A stretch of DNA of 64,000 nucleotides from Negaprion brevirostris. Its lineage: Eukaryota. The number at the start of each line of letters is the position of its first letter. Position 1 is the stretch's first letter. Below, one piece after another: positions 61,350-64,000 of this stretch. Under the pieces are notes generated by a model that was given only the letters and a program-made list of their open reading frames with translations, did not search any database and was not told where the DNA came from. The position numbers were made by a program, and so were the translations under genes. The stretch covers positions 61,245,278 to 61,309,277 of the forward strand of contig JARDVH010000097.1 in the NCBI GenBank assembly GCA_030324005.1, read 5' to 3'.

Positions 61350-63210
61350 CCAAAAGTTCCTTGCAGGGGATTTTGCTGTTGCTGCAGGGGAGGGTTTATA
61401 TTAACTTGGCAGGGGTGTGGAAACCAAGAGATAATATCTGAATGGAGTACCAAGGTGCACAGAATACTAGAAGAGATTGTTAGCACTAAAATAAGGAATA
61501 TTACGTTAATCAGTGGGGTCAAAGTAATGGAGTGTATGCTAATATGCCAAATCAGGGTTTTTGTGCATCTATGTGAATGCACAAAATGTGGTAAGAGAGA
61601 TTGATCAGTTACATTGCCTTGTGGGAAGTATGATGTTGTGGCTATAAGAGAGACCAGGCTCAAAAAAGTACCCTGAACATTGAATATCTCCGGACACAAG
61701 GTGTTCAGGAAAGGAAGGAAACAGGAAGGGATGACAGTATTAATTAAGGAGAATATTGTGGTGCTGAAGAAAAAGGATGTCCCAGAGGAGTCAAGGACAG
61801 AATTTATTCGGCTTGAACTAGGACCATGAAAGATGCAGTTACATTTCTCCATGTTGTCAATGGTTCACCAATGAGTGGGAAGGATGTAGAGGAATAAATC
61901 TGCAAGGAAATTACAGAGGTGCAAAAGTTATACAATGGTTATTATTGGAGGACTTTAATTATCCAAATGTAGACTTGTAAAGGGAGTAAAGTGTAAAGGG
62001 AGAGGAGGAAGTGTTCATAGAGTCTGTTCAGGAAATTTTTCTGCAGCAGTACCGTTCCAGTCTAATGAGAAAATAGGCACTATTAGACCTGTTAATTGGG
62101 AATGAGGTGGAACAAGTGAATAAAGTGCTAAGTAGGAGAATATTTGGGAACCAGTGATCATTGTATCATAATGTTTAGGTTGATTATGGAAAAGGACAAA
62201 GAAAAATCCAAAATAACAATCAACTGGAGGAAAGCCAATTTCAATGAAAATTCAACTCCAAAGAACAAATCTGGGCTGAATAAATTGGAGTCAAAGTTGA
62301 CAGGAAGAACAGTGTGTGTTAACTATAAAGAGATATAATCCAGGCTCAGTCAAGGTATATTGCCTTGAAAGGGAAAGGTAGACGAAACACAGCCATGTAA
62401 ATAGTAAAAGGGTGTTAAAAGTTGGAGTAGAGCCAGTTAAAGACCATAAAAAGGATTTAAGCATGGAGGCAAGGGACATAACTAGGTACTAAATTAATAC
62501 CCACCAAAGAAGAAGATGCTACCTAGGCCATGATGAAGAACAGGTAACTCAGGCTGTGGATGCATTTAAAATTGATACAGAGGTGGTATTGGATAGGCTT
62601 TCTACACTTAAAGTTAATAAGCATCAGGACCAGATGAGATTCATCCAAGGATACTGAGGGAAGTGAGTGTGGAAATTCTGGAAGCACTGGCCATTATTTT
62701 TCAGTCTTCTTCAAACTCAGGGGTGTTTGATATGGTGCCACAAAACAGACTTGTGAGCAAACTTATAACTTATGGAATAAAAGGGACAATAGCAATGAGG
62801 ATGGAGAATTGGCTGAATGACAAGAAATAGAGCATGGTGATTAACATTGTTTTTTGCTTTGTAGTGGAGTTTGCCAGGTCTCAGTGTTGGAACATTTTAT
62901 CAAAGGTTTCAGATAATATGAAAGCACTGGAAGCATTGCTAACTGTGAGAAGGAAAATGTAGAACTTCAAAGGGACTTAGACAAGTGGTGGAATGGGGAA
63001 CAGGTGGCAAATTAAGTTCAATATGAAGAAATGTGAAATGATTCATTCAGGTAGGAAGAACGTGGGGAGACAATATAAAATGAAGGGCACAACTTTAAAG
63101 GGGCTGCAGGAGCAAACAGACCTTTCTATATAATAGCATAAATCATTGAAGATGGTAGGACCAGGTTGAGAGAATGATTAATCCTAGGTTTTATTAATAA
63201 GGACATAGAG
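61350..63210 (+). mobile_element. Degenerate CR1 LINE
   Basis: YDVVAIRET, DFNYP, LLDL.IGNE, LGTSDH, NWRKANF, GPDEIHPRILRE and LQRDLD remnants. Resumes at ~63770-63900. Confidence 0.8.
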
Positions 63211-63424
63211 GGCCTGATTTTACCACATTCATTCTAAGTGCTGAATCTGGGTGCAATTCAGATTCAACTTGGAAAACTGTTCTCAGACGCCCCCCCATGC
63301 ACTCAGCCTGGAAAAGAAATCGTGNNNNNNNNNNNNNNNNNNNNNNNNNNNNNNNNNNNNNNNNNNNNNNNNNNNNNNNNNNNNNNNNNNNNNNNNNNNN
63401 NNNNNNNNNNNNNNNNNNNNNNNN

Positions 63425-63770
63425 TTCATTATCTTATATGTCTCTATAAGATCACCCCTCAGCCTTCTAAACTCCAACAAGTACAGGCCCAATCTACTCA
63501 ACCTCTCCCCATAAGCTAACCCCCTCATCTCCGGTATCAACCTGGTGAACCTTCTCTGCACTTCCTCCAAAGCCAATATATTCTTTCGCAAATAAGGGGA
63601 CCAAAATTACACACAGTACTCTAGTTGTGGCCTCACCAGTACCCTGTACAGTTGCAGCAAGACCTCCCTGCTTTTATATTCCATCCCCCTCGCGACAAAG
63701 GCCAACATTCCATTCGCCTTCCCGATCACCTGCTGCACCTGCAGACTGGGTTTTTGCGATTCATGCACAA
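63425..63770 (-). mobile_element. Younger CR1 fragment, reverse orientation
   Basis: ORF 63283-63591(-) ILALEEVQRRFTRLIPEMRGLAYGERLSRLGLY..EFRRLRGDLIETYKIM. Confidence 0.9.
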
Positions 63771-64000
63771 GGAATTAAATAGTTATCTAAAAAGAATGAA
63801 TGTGCAGGGTTTTGGGGAGAAAGGCATCAAATGAATTGTTCATTTGGAGAGCCTGTGTAAACATAATGGGCTGAATGACTTCCTTCTGTGCTGTAACATT
63901 TCTCTGTTGGTGGTTCTAAAAACTTTGCAGCCTTCATCCACTAGATATTAGGTCCAACTGACAGCGCAAGTTTGCTTCGGCCATTAGGATGGAAATGGGA

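Noticed and set aside
1-64000. Prokaryote-type systems (CRISPR arrays, operons, phage or defence loci) or an endogenous virus
   Set aside because: No regularly spaced repeat-spacer array and no long gap-free non-transposon ORFs; the content is typical vertebrate intron.

Overview
This is eukaryotic (vertebrate) DNA, almost certainly from a shark or other elasmobranch, inferred from its HE1-type tRNA-SINEs, Deu-domain SINEs, CR1 LINEs and Penelope remnants. It is a draft assembly with several N gaps. The only host gene I can support is part of a kexin/furin-family proprotein convertase on the + strand. Four GT-AG exons (16266-16376, 22840-22933, 28642-28827, 50641-50770) join in phase without stops. 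They encode the end of the subtilisin catalytic domain and the whole P-domain: YGFGLLDAGRMLKAAIKWKNLGPQRKC...LEHVQVTVTVSSICRGDLEISLTSPYGT...NWTFMTVHLWGEKPEGVWVLTIADRANTVKACERRGDETTAGSITKYKITLWGT. The protein looks divergent from the seven classical kexin-like PCSKs: CRGDL replaces RRGDL, and a Cys-containing loop insertion carries a second RGD. It may be a little-studied, non-mammalian convertase paralog. The rest is intron filled with decayed transposable elements: CR1 and other LINEs, three SINE families, Penelope-type hairpin elements with degenerate hammerhead-like cores, hAT and Harbinger-type MITEs, and a probable solo LTR. Nearly all ORFs in the supplied track are spurious or transposon remnants. 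Repeat family names come from recalled consensus features, not a database search, and repeat boundaries are approximate unless terminal inverted repeats (TIRs) or target-site duplications (TSDs) are quoted.
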